Positions 1 to 8,337 of a DNA stretch of 49,249 nt are shown piece by piece (position 1 is the stretch's first letter; every line of letters begins with the position of its first letter). The notes below the pieces were generated by a model. That model saw only the letters and a list, made by a program, of their open reading frames with translations, was not told where the DNA came from and made no database searches. The position numbers were made by a program, and so were the translations under genes. Origin of the DNA: Candidatus Gastranaerophilales bacterium (GTDB lineage Bacteria > Cyanobacteriota > Vampirovibrionia > Gastranaerophilales > JANQFW01); NCBI GenBank assembly GCA_028282645.1, contig JANQHM010000169.1, positions 1 through 49,249 on the forward strand, given 5' to 3'.

Positions 1-10
1 TAAAATAAAA

Positions 11-66
11 TAGCAATGGTAAACTCTTTTAGCAGAAAAAGAGGAGTATTTACCATTGCTATTTTA
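11..66 (+). terminator. Long hairpin plus T-run; probable terminator of a gene upstream of the window (possibly bidirectional)
   Basis: Perfect 13-nt inverted repeat TAGCAATGGTAAA (11-23) / TTTACCATTGCTA (49-61). Inner helix CTCTTTT (24-30) / AAAAGAG (37-43). Followed by TTTT (62-65). Confidence 0.45.
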
Positions 67-142
67 GGTGATGGTAATCGCTGTAAGCTTTTGATATAAC
101 TTGAGTTTACTTGTAAGCGTCAGTACTCAACTGATCACTACC
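67..142 (-). mobile_element. MITE family A, short form (76 nt), reverse orientation
   Basis: Reverse complement matches GGTAGTGATCAGTTGAGTACTGACGCTTACAAGTAAACTCAAGTTATATCAAAAGCTTACAGCGATTACCATCACC. Lacks the internal ACATAAGAAAGGTGATG segment. No clear flanking duplication. Confidence 0.8.
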
Positions 143-239
143 TTTATTCCTTACTTAATTAAAGTCCATTATATAGTTTAGCTGTACATCAAGAGCAGAC
201 CGATGACTCAAAGGTAAAGAGAGAATATGACTTAGCCAC

Positions 240-611
240 TTAGGATAAAAAGTTTAGATTTTTATTTCTTAAAGATTTTTTACTTTGTCCGGATGATAAA
301 ATTTCTTTTAAAAACTCGGGGATTGGAAGATTATCAATTGCTTTCAGGTTTTGTTCCATATTTAGTTCTTCACCCTTGGATTCTACAAAGTTATTATTTT
401 TTGTCGGATTGTCAAACTTGAAAATGAATTCATTCTCTATGCGCTCTTTAAAGAGTTCTTCTTTTTTAGAAGCATATTTTTCCGGACTAAAAATATTTTG
501 TTCAGCCTCTTTGATGGAGTTTAAATCCATTTTATTACAGCCGCTAGAGAGCAATCCGAGTTGTCTGAGTCTTGATTTTACATCATTGTTACTGCACCAA
601 TTCATATCCAT
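240..611 (-). CDS. Hypothetical protein (123 aa)
   Basis: ORF track. K/E/N-rich composition looks genuine, whereas the overlapping + ORF 376..657 is S/L/F-rich like an antisense artefact. AGAGG lies about 10 nt upstream of the ATG. No domain recognised. Confidence 0.4.
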   Translation of the reverse strand: MDMNWCSNNDVKSRLRQLGLLSSGCNKMDLNSIKEAEQNIFSPEKYASKKEELFKERIENEFIFKFDNPTKNNNFVESKGEELNMEQNLKAIDNLPIPEFLKEILSSGQSKKSLRNKNLNFLS

Positions 612-817
612 ATATGAAATACCTCTTTTTACTAGCTCGTTACATTTAATTTGTTAAACTGGACGAAATTGTTTAAACAACTGCATTCTGTACTGATTTA
701 AGCTTTATCTGACAGCGTTTAAGTACCAAGCCCAAATTTAGTATCTTTCTTTGATACAGTATGAATTCAGGTTCTAAGTCAATTAATATTGAACAAAGAT
801 AATACAATCTCGTGTAA

Positions 818-923
818 TTATTCCGGTACTCAATTAAATTTCAGATTACTCTTTTCAGAGAATAGTGTATTTTATTAGTTTTAACACGATTGAATAATCT
901 GAAAAGTATTTTAGAGTTAGTAT
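818..923 (-). repeat. Repeat family B copy B1 (tandem with B2)
   Basis: ..CCGGTACTCAATTAAATTTCAGATTACTCTTTTCAGAG...CTGAAAAGTATTTTAGAGTTAGTAT. The 79 nt at 845-923 are identical to 951-1029. Confidence 0.8.
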
Positions 924-924
924 T

Positions 925-1030
925 TATACAGGTTCTAAATTAAATTTTAGATTACTCTTTTCAGAGAATAGTGTATTTTATTAGTTTTAACACGATTGAA
1001 TAATCTGAAAAGTATTTTAGAGTTAGTATA
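925..1030 (-). repeat. Repeat family B copy B2
   Basis: TATACAGGTTCTAAATTAAATTTTAGATTACTC...GAGTTAGTATA. Full length with TATAC/GTATA termini. Confidence 0.85.
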
Positions 1031-1195
1031 ATATTTAATTTTTCATATCTTATCTTAAAGTTAAGTAATCACTGGTATTAAAAAAATATAATAATCAAAG
1101 GCTTTTATATATTATTTAAAGTATATTTTTGTCAACAAATTGCCTTTTTTTTCGTTTTTTTTAAATTATGTAAAGTAAAATTTTTGGATTATAGT

Positions 1196-1486
1196 TTATC
1201 TGCCTAATTTACCTTTTAGTTTTCTGTAAAAATTTTCATGCGCAGCTATCAGATGAATTGTCACGGAAGAATTATCAAAGTTTATTGTATATGCAATACG
1301 AAACTCCTTGCCTTTATATTTTAAATGATGCGAATATACATCCGTTAATGGTGTTGATAATTTTTCACCGCTATTTTCCGGATTTTTCGCTATTTTTAAT
1401 AAAGAGTCCTTTACTTTTAATCTTAAAGGCTTATCCAGTTTTTTCTGCCCTTTGTCAGCTGTATTTGTTAAAAAAATGTTAAACAT
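1196..1486 (-). CDS. RelE/ParE-superfamily type II toxin; no cognate antitoxin ORF visible
   Basis: 96-aa basic protein. N-terminal F-T..A.K..KKLDK...K....L..I..NP and central G.EFRIAY.I.....V.I..I..H...Y pattern are typical of RelE/ParE/YafQ-like toxins. Confidence 0.6.
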   Translation of the reverse strand: MFNIFLTNTADKGQKKLDKPLRLKVKDSLLKIAKNPENSGEKLSTPLTDVYSHHLKYKGKEFRIAYTINFDNSSVTIHLIAAHENFYRKLKGKLGR

Positions 1487-1651
1487 ACTTAATCTTAACT
1501 ATGTATGAACTGCTTTTTATTTATATAATAAAAAAAATACAATAAAATTAAAATAAAAAAAAGAGTTGGAGAATTTGGATTTTGTTAATATTTGTTTATT
1601 TTTATATAAAAGAACACAAATAATTTTTTTTAGGCGATTTATGTAATTGGT

Positions 1652-1714
1652 TATACTATTTTACTTTTTAATCTTAAAGAGTAATCTGAAATTTAATTAA
1701 AAATCAGTAATATA
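1652..1714 (+). repeat. Repeat family B copy B3 (internally deleted short form)
   Basis: TATACTATTTTACTTTTTAATCTTAAAGAGTAATCTGAAATTTAATTAAAAATCAGTAATATA retains both family-B ends. Confidence 0.55.
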
Positions 1715-1735
1715 TATGTAAAATAAAGAAAAATT

Positions 1736-2440
1736 ATGATAGTAAATAATAGAAAAACCTTAAGTAATAGACGATATAAAGTACATAATCATAATAATAA
1801 GGCAAAAAAGACCAAAGTTGCCTTTAAAGGGCAATTGCTTTTTGATCCTTATATATTAATACCTACAATGGCAGCATATTCTTTGTTTTATAAAGCCAGT
1901 AAAATAGATAGTGAACGCTCAAGGGATACATTCATTGCTAATAATTTATTTACAGCCTCTATGTCTACTTTATTTGCCAATTTAAATAAACTTGAAGCAA
2001 TAACCGCAAGTACTTTTCCTATATTATCCTGTATAACATTGATAGCTCATGCCAATACAAAAAAAACAAAGAGAGGCAAAGCTCGTACCTTTGCTAAAGA
2101 TGCAAGTGCATTGACTTGCGGGTTAATTTCAAAAAATCTGGGAAATCGACTACTTGGAAATATACAAAGAATACCATCAGGTCCAATAGGATTTATTTAC
2201 GAAACCTGCTCGTTTCTTGTCGGGGCATTAATGGCAGCACCATTTATAAGCACATTTGTAAATGACCATATAACTGAAAGAATTTTTCCAAAGAAAAATT
2301 CTCAAATTAACTTACAAAAGCTGTATAACGATCAGTCACCTTATCCTGCAATAATAGATTCTTACAATGTAACCAGGTTTACTTCTCCACGACTCTTTGA
2401 TGTTACTAAAGAAGATGTCACCGATATAGATGAAGAATAA
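1736..2440 (+). CDS. Hypothetical protein, distant paralog of 21161..21835 and 21842..22477
   Basis: ORF track. Shares K-x-x-ARTFAK...G...L/I motif and a C-terminal hydrophobic segment with the 21842 protein (CATRTFAKMIVTTGSGVLARIAG vs KARTFAKDASALTCGLISKNLG). Weak RBS. Confidence 0.5.
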   Translation: MIVNNRKTLSNRRYKVHNHNNKAKKTKVAFKGQLLFDPYILIPTMAAYSLFYKASKIDSERSRDTFIANNLFTASMSTLFANLNKLEAITASTFPILSCITLIAHANTKKTKRGKARTFAKDASALTCGLISKNLGNRLLGNIQRIPSGPIGFIYETCSFLVGALMAAPFISTFVNDHITERIFPKKNSQINLQKLYNDQSPYPAIIDSYNVTRFTSPRLFDVTKEDVTDIDEE

Positions 2441-2548
2441 GATTAAAGCTTAACTTTTTAAAAATTTATTCTAAATTTTGTAACAAAAATGTTCCAAAAA
2501 CATAATTTAAATAAATTATTATGCTATATTTATTGTGTAGAGTTCGTA

Positions 2549-2661
2549 ATAGACTAACTCAAAAATATTTTTCAGATTAATTGGATTTTTTTATTATATT
2601 GAATTTAAATTAATTTTTAAAACTGAAAAAAGTTATAAAGATTTAATTAATAAGTTATATA
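2549..2661 (+). repeat. Repeat family B copy B4 (degenerate), tail-to-tail with B5
   Basis: ATAGACTAACTCAAAAATATTTTTCAGATTAATTGG...AACTGAAAAAAGTTATAAAGATTTAATTAATAAGTTATATA. Confidence 0.4.
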
Positions 2662-2774
2662 TCCTGGCTCAAAGTTAAATTTTAGATCATCCTTTCTTTT
2701 CAGAGTTTAGCTTATTTTACTTTTAGTTTTAACAGTATTGAGTAAGTTTGAAAAGTATTTTTGAGTAAATTATA
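2657..2774 (-). repeat. Repeat family B copy B5
   Basis: TATATCCTGGCTCAAAGTTAAATTTTAGATCATCC...TTTGAAAAGTATTTTTGAGTAAATTATA. Lies 43 nt upstream of hypF. Confidence 0.7.
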
Positions 2775-2816
2775 AGAGTTTTTTTAATTAGAGGATAAAA
2801 ATATAGAGAGAATAAA

Positions 2817-5105
2817 ATGAGAGTTAGGAAAAATATTAGATTAAAAGGCGTGGTTAGTACGGACATATTTAAAACATATGTTTTTGATCTGGCTAAAGAT
2901 TTAAAGCTTAGTGGCTGGTTAAAAGCCGACAATGATATTACAAGCATGGAAGTAGAGGGTGATAATAACTCTGTAATTGAATTTATGTCAAATATCTATG
3001 ATAAGCCACACGAAATGCCGGAAATAAAAGAAATGAACTTTGAAGATGTTCCTGTATTAAATAGTGATAACTTTTATGACATGAATGAACAGAAAAAAAA
3101 GTACAAACAATCTGTTAAATTACCATTGGACAAAGGTATATGCAGTAATTGCCAAGATAAAATTAAAAACAAAAAATTTACAAATTTTGAGTATCCGTTT
3201 ATTTTTTGTAATGATTGCGGACCTTTGTATAGTATTTTAAAATCTTTACCCTTTACCAAAGAAAATTCATCATTGACGGCTTTTGATTTTTGTGATAATT
3301 GTAAAAATGCTATTGAAAAAGGTTTTTTAGAAGTCAGCTTGAGCAACTGCAAAAATTGCGGACCAAAGTTATGGTATGAAAATGATAAGACTGTTATTAA
3401 GGATCAATCAAAAATTTATGAGATAGCAGGAAAAGTGTTTAAAAATAACGGAGTTTTATTGTTTAAAAGTACTAATTGCTTTTATTTGTGTACTGATGCT
3501 TATTCTAAAAGGGGAATAGGAAAGATTAGAGAGATAAAATCAAGGATTGATAAACCACTTTATTTAATGGCAAAAGATTTGCATACAATTGAAAAATTTG
3601 CCTACGTTTCAGATAAAGAAAAAGAACTATTGCTATCGCAGCAACGACCTGTTGTTATTTTAAATCTGAAAAAAGATAATAAAATTCCCGACGAGGTTAC
3701 ATCCGGTCTTGATAAAGTTGGTGTAATGCTGCCTTATAATGGCATGCAAGTTTTATTGCTTGAAAAAATTAAACCGGATTTGCTGGTTATGAGTAGTGCA
3801 AATAAAAGAGGTACTGCTATTGAGGTGAACAATGAAAATGCAAAGGATATTTTTGGCTCACAGGTTGACGGTATGCTTTTGCATAATATGAAAATACATA
3901 ATGCATCTGACGATAGCGTCTTAAAAATTAACAGGGGTGATAGTCAATTTTTACGTATAGCCAGGGGCTTTGCTCCAAAAGAATTTAAACTGCAGGTAAG
4001 CCTTCCTTATACCCCGGTGGTTTTGGCCTGTGGCGCACTGCATAATTCAACTGTTGCAGTTTCTACATCTGATGGAAAATTAATAGTTAGACCCTATTCC
4101 GGTGTATTTGATTCATCATTTATGTATGAGTCTTATCAACAGAATACCAAATTATTTTGTAATCTACTGGGACAAAAGCCTGAGTATGCTATTTGCGATT
4201 TAAACCCTGATTATCTTTCTACAAGGTACGCAAGAGAATTAAAGATACCTTATTATCAAATTCAACATCACTATGCGCACTTGTTAAGTTGCTTATTAGA
4301 TAATGATATGCCAATAGAAACACCTGTAATAGGTGCAATTTTTGATGGTTCCGGATTAGGTAATGATCAAACTATCTGGGGTGGCGAGTTTTTGATATCA
4401 AAAGAATTTAATTTTGAAAGGTTCACCCATATTCCGGTTTTCAAAATGATTGGCATGCTTGGTAAAGAAAATCAAATATACAGATTGGGTTACAGCTTAC
4501 TACAAAGATCCGGAATTTCAACGGATCATCCTATTTATAAAAATTTGGGAATTTCTGAAGAAGAAGAAAAAATGCTCTCAAACCTGATAAACAGAGGTGT
4601 AAGCTCTCCTCTTACATCTTCAGCAGGAAAATTATTTGATGCAGTTGCATCTATATTAGGTGTATTAAAATATTCTTATCATGAAGAATATTCCGCCCTG
4701 TACCTAGAAACTATATGTGATTCTAATTGTGCTGATATATTTACATTGTCTGAATATAAAATTAAAAATACTAATGAATTAATTAGAGCTTTAGCTAATG
4801 ATGCTATCGAGAATAAAGATATTTCCGCTACATCAACAAAATTTCATAATACACTTGCACTTATGATAGCAAATACTTGTTTTGATATTAGCCAAAAAAC
4901 TGATATAAGACAAGTTATACTATCAGGTTCTGTATGGATGAACAACTTATTGTTGAATAAAACTGTTGAAGAACTTGATGAGTTAGGATTAAAACCAATT
5001 ACCCATAAAAATATATCTCCAAGTGATGAAAATTTAAGCCTTGGCCAGATATATTATTTGGTGAATAAAATAGCAAAAACCAAAAAAACAATCTCAACAT
5101 TTTAA
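2817..5105 (+). CDS. hypF: HypF-family carbamoyltransferase (divergent)
   Basis: Four-part architecture. N-terminal acylphosphatase-like region. Two CxxC-x(n)-CxxCGP zinc fingers (CSNC..CNDCGP; CDNC..CKNCGP). YrdC-like block (IDKPLYLM, RPVVIL, LPYNGMQ, MSSANKRG, DDSV, RGFAP). Kae1-like block (DLNPDYLST, QHHYAH, DGSGLGNDQTIWGGE, LSGSVWMNNLL). Confidence 0.8.
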   Translation: MRVRKNIRLKGVVSTDIFKTYVFDLAKDLKLSGWLKADNDITSMEVEGDNNSVIEFMSNIYDKPHEMPEIKEMNFEDVPVLNSDNFYDMNEQKKKYKQSVKLPLDKGICSNCQDKIKNKKFTNFEYPFIFCNDCGPLYSILKSLPFTKENSSLTAFDFCDNCKNAIEKGFLEVSLSNCKNCGPKLWYENDKTVIKDQSKIYEIAGKVFKNNGVLLFKSTNCFYLCTDAYSKRGIGKIREIKSRIDKPLYLMAKDLHTIEKFAYVSDKEKELLLSQQRPVVILNLKKDNKIPDEVTSGLDKVGVMLPYNGMQVLLLEKIKPDLLVMSSANKRGTAIEVNNENAKDIFGSQVDGMLLHNMKIHNASDDSVLKINRGDSQFLRIARGFAPKEFKLQVSLPYTPVVLACGALHNSTVAVSTSDGKLIVRPYSGVFDSSFMYESYQQNTKLFCNLLGQKPEYAICDLNPDYLSTRYARELKIPYYQIQHHYAHLLSCLLDNDMPIETPVIGAIFDGSGLGNDQTIWGGEFLISKEFNFERFTHIPVFKMIGMLGKENQIYRLGYSLLQRSGISTDHPIYKNLGISEEEEKMLSNLINRGVSSPLTSSAGKLFDAVASILGVLKYSYHEEYSALYLETICDSNCADIFTLSEYKIKNTNELIRALANDAIENKDISATSTKFHNTLALMIANTCFDISQKTDIRQVILSGSVWMNNLLLNKTVEELDELGLKPITHKNISPSDENLSLGQIYYLVNKIAKTKKTISTF

Positions 5106-5140
5106 AATACTCTAATGATAACTAGTTTAAGGAGTATTTT
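5104..5140 (+). terminator. Weak hairpin after hypF
   Basis: AAAATACTC (5104-5112) / GAGTATTTT (5132-5140) with a 19-nt loop. No strong downstream U-run. Confidence 0.25.
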
Positions 5141-5164
5141 AAAATTATACGGCATAAAAATTAG

Positions 5165-5257
5165 GGTAGTGGTCAGTTGAGTATTGATGCTTACAAGTAA
5201 ACTCAAGTTATATCAAAAGCTTACAGCGATGACATAAGGAAGGTGATGGACATCACC
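5165..5257 (+). mobile_element. MITE family A copy (long form)
   Basis: GGTAGTGGTCAG...GGTGATGGACATCACC. Exact 8-bp direct repeat AAAATTAG at 5157-5164 and 5258-5265. Confidence 0.9.
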
Positions 5258-5428
5258 AAAATTAGATCTTGAATAAAAAGTTTGTTTTGGATAATATTAT
5301 TGATATTAACTGATAAATTTCAGGGGTAGTCGTAAAGGGTCTTGATTATTTTCTAAAAATAGTTCTTTTAAATTTATTTTAAATTAGTTGTATACTTTAG
5401 TTATATTAATATATAAAAGGGAAAAACA

Positions 5429-5779
5429 ATGAAACCATTAGTAAAAAAATTAGAATCAGAATTTCTAAAAAATGATTTGCCGGATTTACAACCTGGTTGT
5501 ACAGTAAAAGTTTTTGTTCGTATTAAAGAGGGAAACAAGGAAAGAACGCAGGGGTTTGAAGGTGTTATTATTAAAAAACGCGGCTCCGGCATTAATACTA
5601 CAATAACTGTAAGAAGAATTTTTCAAGGTATCGGAGTGGAAAGAGTATTTCCTGTTCACTCTCCAAGAATTGAAAAAATTACCGTACTTAGGAGAGGTCA
5701 GGTAAGAAGGGCTAAACTTTATTATTTACGTGAGCGTTCAGGTAAAGCAACAAGGCTTAAAGAAAAAATAAGAAAATAA
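5429..5779 (+). CDS. rplS: 50S ribosomal protein L19
   Basis: 116 aa. [32 protein letters not shown]...[12 protein letters not shown] is the canonical L19 sequence pattern. AAGGGA RBS. Confidence 0.95.
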   Translation: MKPLVKKLESEFLKNDLPDLQPGCTVKVFVRIKEGNKERTQGFEGVIIKKRGSGINTTITVRRIFQGIGVERVFPVHSPRIEKITVLRRGQVRRAKLYYLRERSGKATRLKEKIRK

Positions 5780-5783
5780 AAAA

Positions 5784-6641
5784 ATGGCCAATATACACTG
5801 GTATCCAGGACATATAGCAAAGGCTGAAAAAAAACTTAGAGAACAGAGCAACCTTGTAGACGTTATTTTGGAAGTTATAGATGCAAGAATACCAATTAGC
5901 AGCAGATATGACAATCTAGACAAAATAACCAATCAAAAACCAAGGTTGCTTGTTTTAAATAAGGCTGATATTGCAGATCCTTTTTTAACATCTCAGTGGA
6001 TGAATTATTTAAAACAAAATATTGGGATGCCGTCAATTGCTACTTCTGCAAGTTCATCTAAAGATTTATCAGTGTTGATAAAAGAAGCTGTACAGCTAGG
6101 AAAGCCTAAAATAGACAATATGGTCGCAAAGGGAATGAGACCCCGTGCCATTAGGGCAATGGTTGTAGGTATGCCTAATGTAGGAAAGTCAAGTATCATT
6201 AATAAATTAATACGCAAAGGCAAAGCTAAGGTAGGTCCGAAAGCAGGAGTTACCAAGGCTGCACAATGGGTACGAATAAATCCTAAATTAGAATTGCTGG
6301 ATACTCCAGGTATTATTCCTATGAGATTAGAAGATCAAAGCCGAGCAGAAAAACTGGCGATGGTAAATTCTATCAGTGAAAACGCTTATGATCAAGTTGA
6401 AATATCTAAAGAACTAATTGAATTATTATACAAAAAATATCCTGAATTTTTAAAAAAGCATTATAAATTAGATGAGATGACAGAAATTCCTGGATTAGAG
6501 GATATAGCATTATCAAGAAAATGGCTTAAACCTGGTAAAGAAGCTGATATTAAAAGATGTGCTTCTGTTGTTTTATCAGATTTTAGAAATGGAAGAATAG
6601 GAAGAATTACTCTTGAAAGTGTTGCGCAAGTCCAAGATTAA
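5784..6641 (+). CDS. rbgA: Ribosome biogenesis GTPase A (YlqF/RbgA, circularly permuted GTPase)
   Basis: WYPGHIAKA start motif. G4 NKAD precedes G1 GMPNVGKSSIIN and DTPGI, the permuted order typical of YlqF. Confidence 0.9.
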   Translation: MANIHWYPGHIAKAEKKLREQSNLVDVILEVIDARIPISSRYDNLDKITNQKPRLLVLNKADIADPFLTSQWMNYLKQNIGMPSIATSASSSKDLSVLIKEAVQLGKPKIDNMVAKGMRPRAIRAMVVGMPNVGKSSIINKLIRKGKAKVGPKAGVTKAAQWVRINPKLELLDTPGIIPMRLEDQSRAEKLAMVNSISENAYDQVEISKELIELLYKKYPEFLKKHYKLDEMTEIPGLEDIALSRKWLKPGKEADIKRCASVVLSDFRNGRIGRITLESVAQVQD

Positions 6642-7293
6642 TGACTTGGTTGACTTTGACAAAAATATATCAGAAGATTTATTTATAATTGGCTTGGATG
6701 AGGCAGGAAGGGGACCTGTTGCCGGGCCGGTTATGGCCGGAGCAGTTTGCTTGGATATTGATAATAAAGAAGCAGCAAAATTTTTGAAATATTTGGATGA
6801 TTCAAAAAAATTTTCATCTAATCCAAAATTAAGAAAAAAAATTTCTGATGAAATAAAACAGAACTCAATATATAGCATACAAGAATGCAGTTTAAAAGAA
6901 ATTCAAAAATATAATATTTTACAAGCTTCTTTGCTGGCTATGAAAAAAGCGGCTCTGGAAGTTATAAGTCAATTAGGAGAGAAAAAAAAAGAAAAATTAT
7001 TATTTCTTGTTGATGGCAAAATTTCTATTCCTCATTTTAAATACAGACAAAAAACGGTTGTAAAAGGTGATTCGCTTTCTGCATCTATTGCTGCTGCCAG
7101 TATACTGGCTAAAGTTCATAGAGATGAATTTATGATAAAACTCTCAGAAGAGTTTCCTATATATGAATGGCAAAAAAATAAGGGCTATGGAACTAAAGCT
7201 CATTTAGACGCAATACGCGAGCATGGAATTTGCAAATGGCATAGAAAAAGTTTTTTAGAAAAGGTTTTAACGCCTCAATTAAAATTACTATAA
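6613..7293 (+). CDS. rnhB: Ribonuclease HII
   Basis: GLDEAGRGPVAGPV catalytic motif, DDSKK, KGDS...IAAASILAKV, GYGT..H. The start overlaps rbgA by 29 nt and is uncertain. Confidence 0.9.
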   Translation: MKVLRKSKINDLVDFDKNISEDLFIIGLDEAGRGPVAGPVMAGAVCLDIDNKEAAKFLKYLDDSKKFSSNPKLRKKISDEIKQNSIYSIQECSLKEIQKYNILQASLLAMKKAALEVISQLGEKKKEKLLFLVDGKISIPHFKYRQKTVVKGDSLSASIAAASILAKVHRDEFMIKLSEEFPIYEWQKNKGYGTKAHLDAIREHGICKWHRKSFLEKVLTPQLKLL

Positions 7294-7312
7294 ATTTAAT
7301 AATAATATTTTT

Positions 7313-7424
7313 TATTCTGCTTCAAAGTTAAATTTTTTTAGAGTACTCTTTTCAGGGAGATTAGCTTATTTTATTAGTTTTTACCTGATTAAAGAATCTG
7401 AAAAGTATTTTTGAGTTAGGTATA
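7313..7424 (-). repeat. Repeat family B copy B6
   Basis: TATTCTGCTTCAAAGTTAAATTT...CTGAAAAGTATTTTTGAGTTAGGTATA. Same subfamily as B7 (shared CAGATTCTTTAATCA[A/G]GTAAAAACTAATAAAATAAGCTA core). Confidence 0.8.
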
Positions 7425-7529
7425 TTTGTAAAATTTTTTAATAATTCTATAAATGAAATAACACATTTTATTCTTTACATGTTTTTAAGCAAATAAAGAT
7501 AACTTTATATCACCAAAGGAGTATTTATT

Positions 7530-7916
7530 ATGACTATAGGAAGCGTGAATAATACAAGTATAAAATTTCAGGGAGCAGAACCACAAATACTAAGTAGTAA
7601 CGATGAATTTTTAAAACTTATTGCTCAAAATCAAGCTTTTAGAACTGATACAAGTTTATCACAACCCGATACAGATACTCTAGATACTTCAAACGAACAA
7701 AAACCTAAAAAGAAAGGCGGTTTTTTGAGGAAATGTTTTGGAGTTCTCTTTTTAACAGCAGGTATTGCTACCATTGCCACAGCAGGTACTGCGTTATACA
7801 AAACAAACGGGAAATCTCAAGAAGCCTGCGATAAAATCGGTAATTGGGCAAAGCAGGCATGGGGATCCGTAAAAAATAATTGGAATAAGATGACTGGTAA
7901 AGCGGAAGCATCTTAA
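7530..7916 (+). CDS. Hypothetical small protein with one predicted TM helix
   Basis: AAGGAG RBS 8 nt upstream. Hydrophobic stretch GVLFLTAGIATIATAGTALY after a basic KPKKKGGFLRK patch. No domain recognised. Confidence 0.55.
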   Translation: MTIGSVNNTSIKFQGAEPQILSSNDEFLKLIAQNQAFRTDTSLSQPDTDTLDTSNEQKPKKKGGFLRKCFGVLFLTAGIATIATAGTALYKTNGKSQEACDKIGNWAKQAWGSVKNNWNKMTGKAEAS

Positions 7917-7939
7917 GTTTTTAAATTTATTTAGAGTGG

Positions 7940-8045
7940 TATACTAACTCTAAAATACTTTTCAGATTCTTTAATCAAGTAAAAACTAATAAAATAAGCT
8001 ATTCTCTGAAAAGAGAAATCTGAAATTTAATTTGGAACCTGTATA
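7940..8045 (+). repeat. Repeat family B copy B7
   Basis: TATACTAACTCTAAAATACTTTTCAGATTC...CTGAAAAGAGAAATCTGAAATTTAATTTGGAACCTGTATA. Inverted relative to B6. Confidence 0.85.
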
Positions 8046-8217
8046 TAAAAAGTAATTTTAAAAATATGCTGTCTTGAACTACTATCCTGCTCATCAATAG
8101 GGAGTATATTTCAGGACAGTATATTTTATTTTTTTATTTATAATTTTTAAATATAAAATAAATAATTAAAAAAAATTTACGAGCGGCTAATTTTCTATAT
8201 ATGATTATTGTATAATA

Positions 8218-8291
8218 TATACTGGTCATCAATTAAATTTCAGATTACTCTTTAGATTGAATAATCTGAAAAGTATTTTAGAGTTAGTATA
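8218..8291 (-). repeat. Repeat family B copy B8 (74-nt internally deleted form)
   Basis: TATACTGGTCATCAATTAAATTTCAGATTACTCTTTAGATTGAATAATCTGAAAAGTATTTTAGAGTTAGTATA. Lies 47 nt upstream of htrA. Confidence 0.8.
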
Positions 8292-8337
8292 CTAGTATTG
8301 GACTATTTAAATAAATAAATTGGGATGGAGAGATATT

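Noticed and set aside
520-611. Lipoprotein signal in the 240..611 protein (LLSSGC)
   Set aside because: No hydrophobic h-region precedes the Cys, and position -3 is not L/V/I. The N-terminus is polar.
376-657. 93-aa + strand ORF overlapping 240..611
   Set aside because: Its S/L/F-rich composition is typical of the antisense of a K/E-rich gene. The minus-strand ORF has the better RBS. Neither has homology I can recognise, so confidence in the locus is low overall.
818-1030. Possible CRISPR array or tandem repeat locus (also considered for the scattered A and B copies)
   Set aside because: Only two units are present, each about 105 nt long and directly abutting without unique spacers. Other copies are dispersed, in both orientations and with transposon-like ends. 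No cas genes are present.
1736-1800. Twin-arginine (Tat) signal in the 1736 protein (SNRRYKV)
   Set aside because: RR is not followed by the F-L-K consensus or by a hydrophobic h-region and AxA cleavage site at the right distance.
2729-2947. 72-aa minus-strand ORF overlapping the start of hypF
   Set aside because: It runs through repeat copy B5 and is antisense to the hypF N-terminus. Hydrophobic low-complexity translation of AT-rich DNA.
5165-5257. Family A as a small RNA or tRNA-like gene family
   Set aside because: Exact 8-bp flanking duplications at most copies and insertion into another repeat indicate transposition. There is no tRNA cloverleaf or conserved promoter/terminator. An RNA-level role is kept only as a weak secondary hypothesis.
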